Source: Candidatus Hydrogenedentota bacterium
GTDB taxonomy: Bacteria > Hydrogenedentota > Hydrogenedentia > Hydrogenedentales > JAEUWI01
Assembly (NCBI GenBank): GCA_034669905.1
Contig: JAXMOL010000002.1
Location: forward strand, 64,001-128,000
Direction: 5' to 3'
DNA length: 64,000 nt
Below are positions 31,671 to 40,964 of this stretch, piece after piece. Under the pieces are notes generated by a model that saw only the letters and a program-made list of their open reading frames with translations, did no database searches and was not told the origin of the DNA. Position 1 is the stretch's first letter; every line of letters starts with the position of its first letter. Position numbers and translations under genes: made by a program.

Positions 31671-32432
31671 ATGTTACGCAGTATGAATGAACAACTGAAC
31701 TACACCGTGAAAGCCCGCGACGGCGAAGCCGGTCATCTCCACGACTTTCTCATCGACGAGCGCACCTGGGTCGTCCGCTATGCCGTCGTCGACCTGGGCC
31801 ACTGGCTGCCCGGTCGCAAGGTCCTCCTGGCACGCCCGGCCATCGACGCGGCCGACTATGCCACCAGGACCCTCACCCTCCAGACCACGAAGGCCCAGAT
31901 CGAAGCCTCGCCGGACCTGACGGACGATGCGCCGGTCTCGCGCCAGTATGAGCAGTATCTCTATGAGCACTATCAGTGGGCCCCCTATTGGGCACCGGGC
32001 TTTGCCGGCGGCGGCGTCATGCCCATGGAAACCGCCACCGCCTCCGAACCCGATTCGCCCCCCTTTAAGGCGGTAAACCCCCACTTGCGCAGTCTTCGAG
32101 AGCTTACGGGCTACTCCATCTTCGTCGATGACGAACGGGTCGGCCGGGTGGATGCCTTCATGTGTTATGACGACACCTGGGAAGTGCCTTTCCTGGTGGC
32201 CAATGTGGGGGGCTGGTTCCACAAGGAGCGCCTCATGGTGCCCACGAAACGGGTCGGTGAGATTGCCTTTACGGAACACCGCCTCACCCTCAACATGCGG
32301 GCCGACACGCTGGATGACCTGCCCACCTTTGACCCGGAAGCACCGGAAGCGGGCCGCATGGAAATGTGTGTCTATGACTACCGCGGCAAGATGGTGGCCC
32401 ACGAGCCGGTGGAAGACAAACACCATCGCTAG
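31671..32432 (+). CDS. Tandem PRC-barrel domain protein
   Basis: ARDGEAGHLHDFLIDERTWVVRYAVVDLGHWLPGRKVLL; second repeat HLRSLRELTGY. Confidence 0.85.
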   Translation: MLRSMNEQLNYTVKARDGEAGHLHDFLIDERTWVVRYAVVDLGHWLPGRKVLLARPAIDAADYATRTLTLQTTKAQIEASPDLTDDAPVSRQYEQYLYEHYQWAPYWAPGFAGGGVMPMETATASEPDSPPFKAVNPHLRSLRELTGYSIFVDDERVGRVDAFMCYDDTWEVPFLVANVGGWFHKERLMVPTKRVGEIAFTEHRLTLNMRADTLDDLPTFDPEAPEAGRMEMCVYDYRGKMVAHEPVEDKHHR

Positions 32433-32645
32433 ACGCCGCCGAAACCGGCCCATTCCCCCGGGCGCCGGTCCCAGAGTCCGCTCTGTGGCCGTCGCCCGTT
32501 CCCTTACGCGTCATCCCGCTGTATAAGAACTACACGAAGCGACTGTGTGAATAGTTTCCAGCCCACCCTCTTGCGCTCACGCCACGCCCGCCTTAGTCCA
32601 CGAATTCCAGGCCTTTCCGCCGTTTTTCGCACCGGCGGGCCTTTT

Positions 32646-32661
32646 CGGCAAGACTCTTGCA
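32646..32661 (+). promoter_or_regulatory. Possible sigma54 promoter
   Basis: CGGCAA-GACTC-TTGCA about 90 bp upstream of the ORF at 32749. Confidence 0.45.
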
Positions 32662-32748
32662 CTATCCCGGTAGACCGAAGTTGTCGTGTGCCGCTCAAAC
32701 GATGTCATGGCACTCAACCGGAAAACCGGTGGAAAGAAGAGGTAACCC

Positions 32749-33243
32749 ATGAACACCCCCAAAGCCCAAACCGAAACCGTCACCTCCCTCGGACGGACCC
32801 GCCAGGCCAGCCTCGGCGAAGTCGTCCAACGGCTCATCGAGATCCACGCCCAACTCGCCGCACACTACAGCCGCATGGCCCTCCGCGTGCCCGGCGACCG
32901 CTTCGGACTCGTCCTCACCTTCCTCGCGGGCCACGAAATGGCCCTCGTGGACTACCTCCAGCAATTTATGAAGGACGCCTCCGAGACGGTGCTGCACCGC
33001 CGCTTCAAATACGTGCCCGACCTGGCCGGTGCCGACCTCTTTGAACGGCTCCTGAACCAATCCACCACCGACCTCGACGCCCTCGCCGAACGGCTCCAGG
33101 AAATCCACGACGCCATCGACGCCGTCTACGAGCCCCTCGACGGGAACCTGCTCCCCGAGGACCTGGCCGAAGTAGTCGACAAACTCCGCCTCCAGGAAAA
33201 AGAACACCTCATCGCCCAGCTCCGCGCCATTAATGATGAGTAA
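32749..33243 (+). CDS. Hypothetical alpha-helical protein
   Basis: GAGG RBS, high-GC3 codon usage, followed by a terminator-like hairpin. Confidence 0.7.
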   Translation: MNTPKAQTETVTSLGRTRQASLGEVVQRLIEIHAQLAAHYSRMALRVPGDRFGLVLTFLAGHEMALVDYLQQFMKDASETVLHRRFKYVPDLAGADLFERLLNQSTTDLDALAERLQEIHDAIDAVYEPLDGNLLPEDLAEVVDKLRLQEKEHLIAQLRAINDE

Positions 33244-33277
33244 CCGGCAGGGCGATAGCGCAGCAGGATAGCGAGCA

Positions 33278-33325
33278 AAAAGCACACCCCCACACGCCAG
33301 CGAATACGTGTGGGGGTGATTTTTG
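33278..33325. terminator. Bidirectional terminator-like hairpin
   Basis: AAAA..CACCCCCACACG...CGTGTGGGGGTG-ATTTTT between convergent genes. Confidence 0.6.
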
Positions 33326-33455
33326 ATTGAGGTGTGGGGTGGCTTAAGGGACGCCCGTGCACTGCCGGTAGATGACGCATCGAGACGCCGATTCAACAAT
33401 GCGCCTGACACTCCCCTCCTGGGAGGGGCCGGGGTGGGTTTGGCGCGAAGGGCGC

Positions 33456-34223
33456 TTACCGAAAAACATGCTCCCGGTGATAAGCCACGTATTCGGGATC
33501 CGGCAGAAAGCGATGGGGAGCGACAATGGGCTTACCGGCGACCGCCTGTATGGCTTCCGCATCGTCACGCGGCAGCGCCATCACCTCTGACGACACCACC
33601 ACCCGAGACGCCTCATCCAACGTAATAAGACCCCGGTCAAAGGCCCGGTCGTGAAGGGCGTTGAGACAGAGCCCATTGCGCGGGTCCGTGCGCGCCTCAG
33701 GACGTGCAGCCCACGGAACAATATGACTCGCGTTCAACAGCGACGGCACAGCGAGGCCGGTAATGCAACACCGGCTGTGATAGGACTCCAAAACCATCCT
33801 GCGAAAGAATCCCTGATTAACCCGCTGCTTCACCAGCGCCTCCCGCGTGGCACCCTCCGGCACCACCACCGCCTCGTCAGGACACTCCGCAGTCACTGTC
33901 TCCTCTAACGACACCTTCAAGCGCGCCGCGAGAAGCCGTTCACTCTCAAAGACCATCCCATCCCAATCTGCGAAGAACTCTTCCCACACCGCACGGTCGA
34001 GCTTGCTGGCGTTTGTGGCACCCTTTCGCGCCAAGGCGGGGTCTATACTCGCCAAGTTTGCGAGCTTATAACTCACCGAGCCGGGCGTTCGCCCAAGAAG
34101 CTCTGCCAACGCGATTATCTTGGGATTGCGGTAGTGAATACTCCCGAAGGAAATCTTACAGTAGAGGTTCATCGCGAGGATGAGTTCCTCACGCGTCCAT
34201 GCTCTGCCCCGTGCTGCGCTCAT
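33456..34223 (-). CDS. HNH endonuclease (putative restriction nuclease)
   Basis: RVNQGFFR, CCITG, ASHIVPW and NGLCLNALHDRAFDRG motifs. Confidence 0.9.
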   Translation of the reverse strand: MSAARGRAWTREELILAMNLYCKISFGSIHYRNPKIIALAELLGRTPGSVSYKLANLASIDPALARKGATNASKLDRAVWEEFFADWDGMVFESERLLAARLKVSLEETVTAECPDEAVVVPEGATREALVKQRVNQGFFRRMVLESYHSRCCITGLAVPSLLNASHIVPWAARPEARTDPRNGLCLNALHDRAFDRGLITLDEASRVVVSSEVMALPRDDAEAIQAVAGKPIVAPHRFLPDPEYVAYHREHVFR

Positions 34224-34555
34224 GCAAACTCCATCATTCGCGCCATCACGCGTCGGGTGCTCCAACGCGCCTTCCCTGCCAAAACAAAACGCGCTAGAAA
34301 CTCGCTCGCCGTTAGTTCAACCGTAGGCGAATCCTTCACAGGGCACACCGCTACAATTTCATGCCAAACATGGTCGCATTCGCGGTAGGGCAGCTCTTGC
34401 AAATCTTCCAGCCCAACCTCGGACGGCACGAAGAAATCTCCCTCGTAAAAGTGCTCTTGGAGTTGCTCTAACGTGACCTCCCCTTTGAGCACTACTTCAT
34501 TAAAAAGCTTGTAGTTGCCCCCGTCTCGGTACATATACTCGATGTGTGTATTCAC
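34220..34555 (-). CDS. Hypothetical protein (YxYRDxxNYK ... DHxWHE)
   Basis: 111-aa ORF with a 4-bp overlap onto the HNH start; GGGAG RBS. Confidence 0.7.
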   Translation of the reverse strand: MNTHIEYMYRDGGNYKLFNEVVLKGEVTLEQLQEHFYEGDFFVPSEVGLEDLQELPYRECDHVWHEIVAVCPVKDSPTVELTASEFLARFVLAGKARWSTRRVMARMMEFA

Positions 34556-35224
34556 TAGTCGCTCCCGGTTGCGCCGGACATCGCGGTCGTCTCTTGCTCA
34601 ACGTATTCCTAATACACTATCTCAAACAAACAGCCCTCTTGAATTCTTGGCATGCTTTCTATCAGGGTCCATCCCACTTCCATTCTCAGACATTTGATTG
34701 CCAATTATGCAGTAAAGTAAATTGATTCCACTTAACTTAGCACATTATTCTAGCTTGCAAACAAGCACGACATTATGTGCCAATAAACATCAGATTAGGA
34801 TTTACCAATGAGTGACCAATCCGACGAGAGTGAGTTGGAAATAGAGGACGAGAATGATGAACCCGAAGCCCGAGTCAACTATGAAATCGCGACGTACCCG
34901 TCCGATTTTACACTTTCTGGCATCGCCCAGATGTGGAAGGACGGTGATATTGACATCCCGGACTTCCAGAGAGAGTTTGTTTGGTCCATTAAACAGTCTT
35001 CGCTGCTGATTGACTCATTCTTGTGCGGCCTCCCGGTACCGCCCGTATTTTTTTATATTGATGAGAAAAATAAGAATCTTGTCATTGATGGTCAGCAAAG
35101 AATTCTTAGTATAGTCTTCTACATCTCTGAGGGTTACTTTGGCAAAGAAAGCACACATGGAAAGAGAAGTGGACCCCATAGTTTGGACACGTGATCGTGT
35201 TTCTTAAGTGTATCCGCTTTGGGG

Positions 35225-36052
35225 TTATGCCGATGCCTTTGCTTCGGCGCTGATTGATTGGTAGTAGAAGGTATCTGGAGTCATCTTTTCAAGGGCCTGG
35301 TGTTTTCTCCTATGGTTGTAGAATTCCATCCACTGTCGGATGCGTTGTCGGGCGTGGGGAATACTTTCGTAAGCGTTAAGGTAGACCTCCTCATACTTCA
35401 GGCTCCGCCAAAGGCGTTCGATGAATACGTTGTCGACCCAGCGTCCTTTTCCGTCCATGCTGATTTGTACCCCGGCGTCTTTGAGCACTTGGGTGAAGGC
35501 TTCGCTGGTGAACTGGCAGCCCTGGTCCGTGTTGAAGATCTCCGGGGTGCCGTATTTGTGTAGTGCTTCATGGAGTGCCGCCACGCAGAAGTCCGTATCT
35601 AGCGTGTTGGAGAGTCGCCAACTGAGAACCTTTCTGCTGTGCCAGTCCATGATGGCGACCAGGTATATGAAGCCCTTGCGCATAGGGATGTAGGTTATGT
35701 CTGAACACCAGACGTGATTGGCGTGATCGATGTTCAGGTTGCGAAGCAGATAAGGATACACCTTGTGGGCGTGATTGGCACGACTCGTATTGGGCCTTGG
35801 GTACAGGGTCCTCATACCCATTCGGCGCATGAGTCGCTGTACCTTCTTCCGGTTGATGACATAGCCCTCCTCGGCGAGTTCGTCCACGATACGGCGGCTA
35901 CCATAGCACGGCAAACGAAGATGAATCTTGTCCATCGCAGCCATGAGCATCTCGTCGTAGGACCGGTCCACCGTCGGCTGATAGTAGGCGGAGGAACGGG
36001 GCACCGACAACAGGGCACATCGTCGATTCAGGGGTAATTTGTGGGCCTTCAT
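35225..36052 (-). CDS. IS3 transposase OrfB (DDE)
   Basis: YGSRR, WCSDITY, NTDQGCQF and DNVFIERLWRSLKYE motifs; in the -1 frame relative to orfA, with a slippery TTTTTTA at 36100-36106. Confidence 0.93.
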   Translation of the reverse strand: MKAHKLPLNRRCALLSVPRSSAYYQPTVDRSYDEMLMAAMDKIHLRLPCYGSRRIVDELAEEGYVINRKKVQRLMRRMGMRTLYPRPNTSRANHAHKVYPYLLRNLNIDHANHVWCSDITYIPMRKGFIYLVAIMDWHSRKVLSWRLSNTLDTDFCVAALHEALHKYGTPEIFNTDQGCQFTSEAFTQVLKDAGVQISMDGKGRWVDNVFIERLWRSLKYEEVYLNAYESIPHARQRIRQWMEFYNHRRKHQALEKMTPDTFYYQSISAEAKASA

Positions 36053-36078
36053 AACGATTTCTTTGCGCTGCGCCCGGT

Positions 36079-36360
36079 CTAACGACCGAGCGCTTTGGCT
36101 AAAAAATCGTTTTCAAGCGTCAGCTGTCCAATCTTGGCGTGGAGCTTTTCCGTGTCGGCCTCGTTCAACCGACGGGTGTCCTCCGTCGAGCCAAAGACAC
36201 CAACCGCTTGCTCAGAAAGCTGCTGTTTCCACTGCTTCACCTGGTTCGGGTGGACATCGAAGCGTTCCGCCAACTCCGCCAAGGTCCCTTCCTCAGACAA
36301 AGCCGCCAGGGCCACTTTTGCTTTAAATGCCGGCGCATGATTCCGTCGTTTACGTCGCAT
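36079..36360 (-). CDS. IS3 transposase OrfA (HTH)
   Basis: [45 protein letters not shown]. Confidence 0.92.
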   Translation of the reverse strand: MRRKRRNHAPAFKAKVALAALSEEGTLAELAERFDVHPNQVKQWKQQLSEQAVGVFGSTEDTRRLNEADTEKLHAKIGQLTLENDFLAKALGR

Positions 36361-37174
36361 AGTTCTATCTCCTTGCTTCAAAGAATACGTCAGGAGATAC
36401 ACTTAACGCACTGTCCAGTTTTCGGGGTCCACTTCTAAGAGACAGGTTTTCCGACTAACCGGACTCGGAGACAACAGCCCGTATGACAAGAAGACCTTCA
36501 AGGAACTCAGTGAATCCGACCAAAGAAAACTAAAGCATTCAGTACTCCGCGCAGTAAATATAAGGCAACTCAATCCCGTTGGAGAGAGCACTAGCATATA
36601 CCACATATTTGAGCGCCTAAACACCGGCGGAATACCTCTTAAACCTCAGGAAATACGAAACTGTGTGTTTAGGGGAGAGCTATGTCAATTCCTAAAAGCC
36701 GCGAACACTGATCCCAATTGGAGAAAGCTCATAGGCCGAAAGCACTTGGACAAGCACCAACGTGATGTCGAATTTGTTCTCCGAGTTCTTGCCCTTACTA
36801 GCTCCTCGGGCGAGTACGAGAAGCCGATGAAGGAATTTCTCAATAGTGAAATGAGTAAGAATATTACAGGGAAGTCGCAAAGTGTTCGAAGATTCTTCAA
36901 AGCATTTCCAACAATTACACGAACTCTTGCAAATCAACTCGGCGAAAAGCCTTTTCATATACGCGGCCCGCTTAATATTTCCGTATTAGATTCCGTCATG
37001 GCTGTTCTATTGGAGCACCCTCAGAAAACAAACAAACTAAAAGGCTTGAAAGAAAAATACGAAAGCTTGATCAATGATGCAGAGTTCCTCGAGGCAGCAA
37101 CTGTAAATACAACTGACACAAAAACTGTAAATACTCGTCTAGGAATCGTCCGAAGGGCGTTGCTCGGTGATTGA

Positions 37175-37681
37175 ATGTCATACTCGGACCATTTTAAGCA
37201 TGCGGATGATATAATCACACATTGGAAGACAACAGTCCCTAAGATTTCCGACGATTTGCTGAAAACTAAATATGTCGGTTTTTCTGCTATTGCTGGGGTA
37301 ACCGTATACGAGTTGGCGATTAAGCAAATCCTTACTGAATTTGCCGCTCGCAAACACAAGGTCCTTGGCAATTATGCGGGGAGTCACTTGACCCGCATGA
37401 ATGGAAAGATAAAAATATGTGACCTACGGAAAGACTTTGTACGCAAATTTGGGGACATATATGCCAATAGGTTTGATCGTATCTTGAAGGAAAAACAACG
37501 GCTGTACCTTATTGCCCAAAAGAGAGACTTCAGAAACTCCTACGCCAATATGATTAATTGGCGAAACTCCTTTGCCCACGAAGGTAACACTAATGCGACT
37601 GCTACATTCCAAGAAGTTGTCAGTGCATACGAAGATGGCAAACAGGTAATTCACTGCCTCGCTAAGACAATGACCAGATAA
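37175..37681 (+). CDS. HEPN-domain protein (putative RNase)
   Basis: Rx4H motif RNSFAH; upstream conserved Glu helix (VTVYE); starts immediately after the DUF262 stop. Confidence 0.8.
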   Translation: MSYSDHFKHADDIITHWKTTVPKISDDLLKTKYVGFSAIAGVTVYELAIKQILTEFAARKHKVLGNYAGSHLTRMNGKIKICDLRKDFVRKFGDIYANRFDRILKEKQRLYLIAQKRDFRNSYANMINWRNSFAHEGNTNATATFQEVVSAYEDGKQVIHCLAKTMTR

Positions 37682-37918
37682 GGATACAAACGCGGCCCTC
37701 TGTCACTATCGAACTACTCCCCAAGACCGCCAGGTCCGGCAAAGAGGTCAATAATCGGAATTTTTTCGGACATGCGATAGATCTTTTCCAGGTAATAGCT
37801 TTCGAAGGAGCCCGATTATGCTACGCAACCGCCCCTGCCGCTAGGTTATGCGCCGCTCAAACCCGTCGTGTGGCATCCAGTGGTGTTAAAGAGATGTCGC
37901 CGAGCGATTGGCGCCGCG

Positions 37919-38058
37919 TTTTTGTGGGACGAGTGGGACGGTCGAATAGTGAATGATGAATTGAGAATAGTGAATTGACTGTCTCGTCTTTCGGTGCCAC
38001 ATCATCTGAACGACACAGGTCCCACAGGTCCCACAGGTCCCACAGGTCCCACAGGTCC
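37919..38058. repeat. 9-mer/7-mer repeat hairpin downstream of the four-helix-bundle suffix gene
   Basis: GTGGGAC-GA-GTGGGAC, GAAT heptamers at 37944-37976, and five perfect CACAGGTCC copies at 38014-38058 in inverted orientation. Confidence 0.85.
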
Positions 38059-38081
38059 TACAGAATCGGGTGAGCCCTGCT

Positions 38082-38660
38082 TTAATCCTCGTCGTGCCGT
38101 CGTCCCTTTTGCCCATCCCGAATTGCGAGGCGGGCCCTGGTCATGCGTTCGCGGAGGCCGCCGTGCTCGAGGAATTCTTTTTCGAGATGGCGTAGCTGTC
38201 GGTTGAGCAGGTAGGTGGTCTGGTGAATCAGACAAATCACAATATTTGCCACCGTCTCGGGCGGGCGGGTGGTGAGGAAGGGTTCGAAGGTGGCGTAGGT
38301 CACGCCCTCGCCTTGGCTCAGGCGGCGCACGTAGCGCGCTTCTTTGCTTTCCTTGTCCCAGAGGTCCCCGTCGTGGGTGCGCAGGTAGTCGAGGTAGTCG
38401 GCGAGGAGCTCTTCCAGGCTGGCGCGGGCGACGTTGGTCAGCTTGATTTCCATTTCCTTGGAGGTGCCGGCCGCCTGGCTGCCTTCGATGATGTTCTGCT
38501 TTCCCGAGCGCGCCGCCTGGACCATCTGGTCATAGGTGCGGTCCCGTTTGCTCAGAAATCGCCGACAGAAACAGACGGTGGCGTCGTAGACGATTTCTGA
38601 CTTCTGGTAGGAAAGGAGGTGGGCGTAGCCGCCGTGTTTTGGTATGAAGCCCTCGCTCAT
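38082..38660 (-). CDS. Four-helix-bundle protein with suffix domain (TIGR02436/TIGR04258-like)
   Basis: GGY..LLSYQKS, DQMVQAARSGKQNIIEG, LTNVARASLEELL.DY and GGLRERMT motifs. Confidence 0.88.
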   Translation of the reverse strand: MSEGFIPKHGGYAHLLSYQKSEIVYDATVCFCRRFLSKRDRTYDQMVQAARSGKQNIIEGSQAAGTSKEMEIKLTNVARASLEELLADYLDYLRTHDGDLWDKESKEARYVRRLSQGEGVTYATFEPFLTTRPPETVANIVICLIHQTTYLLNRQLRHLEKEFLEHGGLRERMTRARLAIRDGQKGRRHDED

Positions 38661-38734
38661 GATAACCGCCCCGCTATGCGTGTGTTGTGGTTTACTCCCT
38701 GGATGATGATAGAAACGCGGGGCGGGTTTCCAGT

Positions 38735-38977
38735 TTTTTGTGGGACGAGTGGGACTTGTGGGACCGGTGAGACAGCCGAAAAGAGAATTGATTGTCTCGT
38801 CGTGCGGCAGAGTCTTTCCGGAGTGAATTTAGAACCCCAGAAACTTTACTGGATTCCCGCATGCGCGGGAATGACAAATCGCCACCTCGAACGGGGTCGT
38901 GGGCCCGGTGAGCCTGCGTGGTCTACCTGACGTCGTCAGGCCGTCCCACAGGTCTCACCGGTCCCACTCGTCCCACA
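38735..38977. repeat. 9-mer inverted-repeat hairpin enclosing a REP-like palindrome
   Basis: tgtgggacgagtgggac..cggtgagac versus gtctcaccggtcccactcgtcccaca; CTGGATTCCCGCATGCGCGGGAATGAC at 38849-38875. Confidence 0.8.
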
Positions 38978-39006
38978 TAACTTCAAAAAGGACCCTCGGC
39001 CTTCAG

Positions 39007-39082
39007 CCTATTTCCATTTAATTTTCGCCACATACACCGAGTTATCCGAGCCATATTTCTCGATGCCCACGGGCTGCATCCA
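39007..39082 (-). repeat. Second copy of the last 76 bp of the sialidase-like gene
   Basis: Matches 39617-39692 at 70 of 76 positions; both copies encode WMQPVGIEKYGSDNSVYVAKIKWK*. Confidence 0.95.
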
Positions 39083-39619
39083 AGGGAGTACTGAATGATG
39101 AATTGAGAATAGTGAATTAATAGGACAAACTCACTTTTCTCTTCCTACTGCGCAGCTATAGAGCGCCGTTCATAAACCTTGATTCTTTTTGGTTTTCATC
39201 ACAATTACGACGAGTATACTCACAATTTCGTTGGCTTCCGTGACCATATCCTGCAGCTGCTTTTCCGAGCACAGTTCCACCGCCTGCAACAGCCGCAACC
39301 AATAGAGCGTTTCGCGGGCCTCTTTCAGTGCTATCGCCATTTTCGAAATGAAATCGGCTCTGCTTTGGCCTCCCTGCGCCTCCTCCACATTGGCACCTAT
39401 AGAGGTCCCAGCGCGCAGCAACTGGTTCGCCAAAGTCCGGGAGACACCTGGATTCTTGTCGAGAAACTGCGCCAACCTCACGACCCGGACCGCGAAGTTA
39501 AATGTCCGAGCGGTAATGTGCTCCTGAACCGCCAACTTGTCAGCCCTTCGCTATCTTTGAAACTGCGCCGCTCATTTCACAAAAATTCACTATTCTAAAT
39601 TCGCTATTCTCTACTCCCT
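39083..39619. mobile_element. Putative inverted-repeat-bounded four-helix-bundle cassette
   Basis: Arms 39083-39118 and 39584-39619 align without gaps as an inverted repeat: AGGGAGTA plus four nnGAATn heptamers. Confidence 0.55.
39170..39535 (-). CDS. Four-helix-bundle protein (TIGR02436 / 23S rRNA IVP / Avd-like fold)
   Basis: RTFNFAVRVV, QLLRAGTSIGANVEEA and SRADFISKMAIALKEARETLYWL motifs; TTG start. Confidence 0.92.
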   Translation of the reverse strand: MAVQEHITARTFNFAVRVVRLAQFLDKNPGVSRTLANQLLRAGTSIGANVEEAQGGQSRADFISKMAIALKEARETLYWLRLLQAVELCSEKQLQDMVTEANEIVSILVVIVMKTKKNQGL

Positions 39620-40787
39620 ATTTCCATTTGATCTTGGCCACATACACCGAATTATCCGAGCCGTATTTTTCGATGCCCACGGGCTGCATCCATTCGGCGA
39701 CGCTGACCCAGGTTTCGTTGTCGCTCACTTTGGTGACGGCGAAGTTACCGAGGCGGGCGCCGCGTTCGGGGACGAGGATGCGTTCGGTGCTGCGGATGAC
39801 TTGCAGCGTGTCGGGGTTGACCTGGGCCATGAAGAGGGGTGCGCGGTGACGGAAGACGTGGTCGTTGTTGGCACCACGGCGGGTGTAGACCAGGAAGAGG
39901 CCGTCGGGGTGGGTGACCCAGTGTTGCTGGGTGTTGTAGGAGCCCAGCTCTTCGCCGTCGTCGAAGGTCCAGGGCTTGGCTTCGTCGAAGTGGAGGCCGT
40001 CGCTACCGCTGGTGACGTAGCCCTTCACATCGTTGCGGAGGGTGAGGAAAAAGCGGCCCTTGTATTCGGCGAGGGAGGGCTCGGGAAAGCCGCGTTCCAC
40101 GGGCACGGTGTGCATGCTGCCGTGCTCGACGTAGGAGAGGGTGTCGCCGTCAAAGCGGGCGCGCACCACGGTGGCGCTGTATTGCTTGGTGTCTTTCCCC
40201 TTGAAATAAATGGGCAGCAGGATGTCGCCATTGGGCAGGTCGACGCGCTGGGTGCAACCGGCGCCGTTGTTGAAGAAGTAGGGCTCGTCGGGCATCTCCA
40301 TGTTCTTCCACGTGGACCAGGTGCGGGCTTCGGGATTGTAGACCGAATAGGCGGTCGTCCGGGCCCGGTTGGTGTGGATGAGCTTGTTGTCCTTGTTGTA
40401 CATGGCGGTGTGGCCCGTGCCCAGGAGCTTGCCGGTGGCGGCGTGCCACTTGGGGGTGAAGTCACAGATGACCGCCGTGCCGCCGTCACCATAGGGGATG
40501 CGCCCGAGGTTTTCGTGCTCGGTGGGTCCGCTCCAGGTCTTGCCACCGTCGTCGGTCCGCATTTCGTTGAGGGCGTAGAAAATATCCGAGCCACTCAGGA
40601 GGAGCTTCTGCATGGTGAGCACCACCGTGGGCGTTTCCCCCGGGATGGTCCCCGCACGGGGATGGACCCAGCAGGTTTCTTTGTCGAATCCCGAGCTGAT
40701 GGTCTGTAAATCGATATCGTAATCGACGGCGGTTACGGGCAGTAGTCCGATAGTCAAAGCCAATGCCGTTATATAGCGTGTAATCAT
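39618..40787 (-). CDS. Exported sialidase/BNR-family beta-propeller protein
   Basis: Signal peptide; Asp-box-like TDDGGKTWS and SDGLHF motifs. Confidence 0.7.
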   Translation of the reverse strand: MITRYITALALTIGLLPVTAVDYDIDLQTISSGFDKETCWVHPRAGTIPGETPTVVLTMQKLLLSGSDIFYALNEMRTDDGGKTWSGPTEHENLGRIPYGDGGTAVICDFTPKWHAATGKLLGTGHTAMYNKDNKLIHTNRARTTAYSVYNPEARTWSTWKNMEMPDEPYFFNNGAGCTQRVDLPNGDILLPIYFKGKDTKQYSATVVRARFDGDTLSYVEHGSMHTVPVERGFPEPSLAEYKGRFFLTLRNDVKGYVTSGSDGLHFDEAKPWTFDDGEELGSYNTQQHWVTHPDGLFLVYTRRGANNDHVFRHRAPLFMAQVNPDTLQVIRSTERILVPERGARLGNFAVTKVSDNETWVSVAEWMQPVGIEKYGSDNSVYVAKIKWK

Positions 40788-40964
40788 GTCTTCTCCTTCA
40801 GCGTTTGCGCTGTTGTCCTTTACGTCCTTGAGGTCGTTTGTGTCTTTTTTAAACTAGTCGCTCGCCTTCGGCGTTGCCGCAGTAGCGGCAAGGCAGGTAT
40901 TCCTACGGGGGACCGTAGGAACAAGGCATTTCGGTTATGCCGGCGGGCCGCCGGCGCTCCATAG

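Larger units (their letters stand above)
35165..36436 (-). mobile_element. IS3-family insertion sequence
   Basis: 13-bp perfect terminal IR AGAAGTGGACCCC/GGGGTCCACTTCT; AAG direct repeat at 35162-35164 and 36437-36439; contains orfA and orfB. Confidence 0.93.
34808..37174 (+). pseudogene. DUF262 (GmrSD/ParB-like) gene split by an IS3 element
   Basis: 5' part has PDFQREFVW and VIDGQQR; 3' part has IFERLNTGG..QEIRN. Removing 1275 bp rejoins them in frame (..THGK|RQVFRLTG..) to give 363 aa. Confidence 0.9.

Noticed and set aside
37886..38235. Collagen-like (GPT)n and (CGT)n ORFs
   Set aside because: Spurious translations of the CACAGGTCC 9-mer DNA repeat
39007..39692. Diversity-generating retroelement (Avd-like gene plus TR/VR-like repeat pair at a gene 3' end)
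   Set aside because: The six mismatches are not adenine-specific in either copy or strand, all are synonymous, and there is no reverse transcriptase in the window
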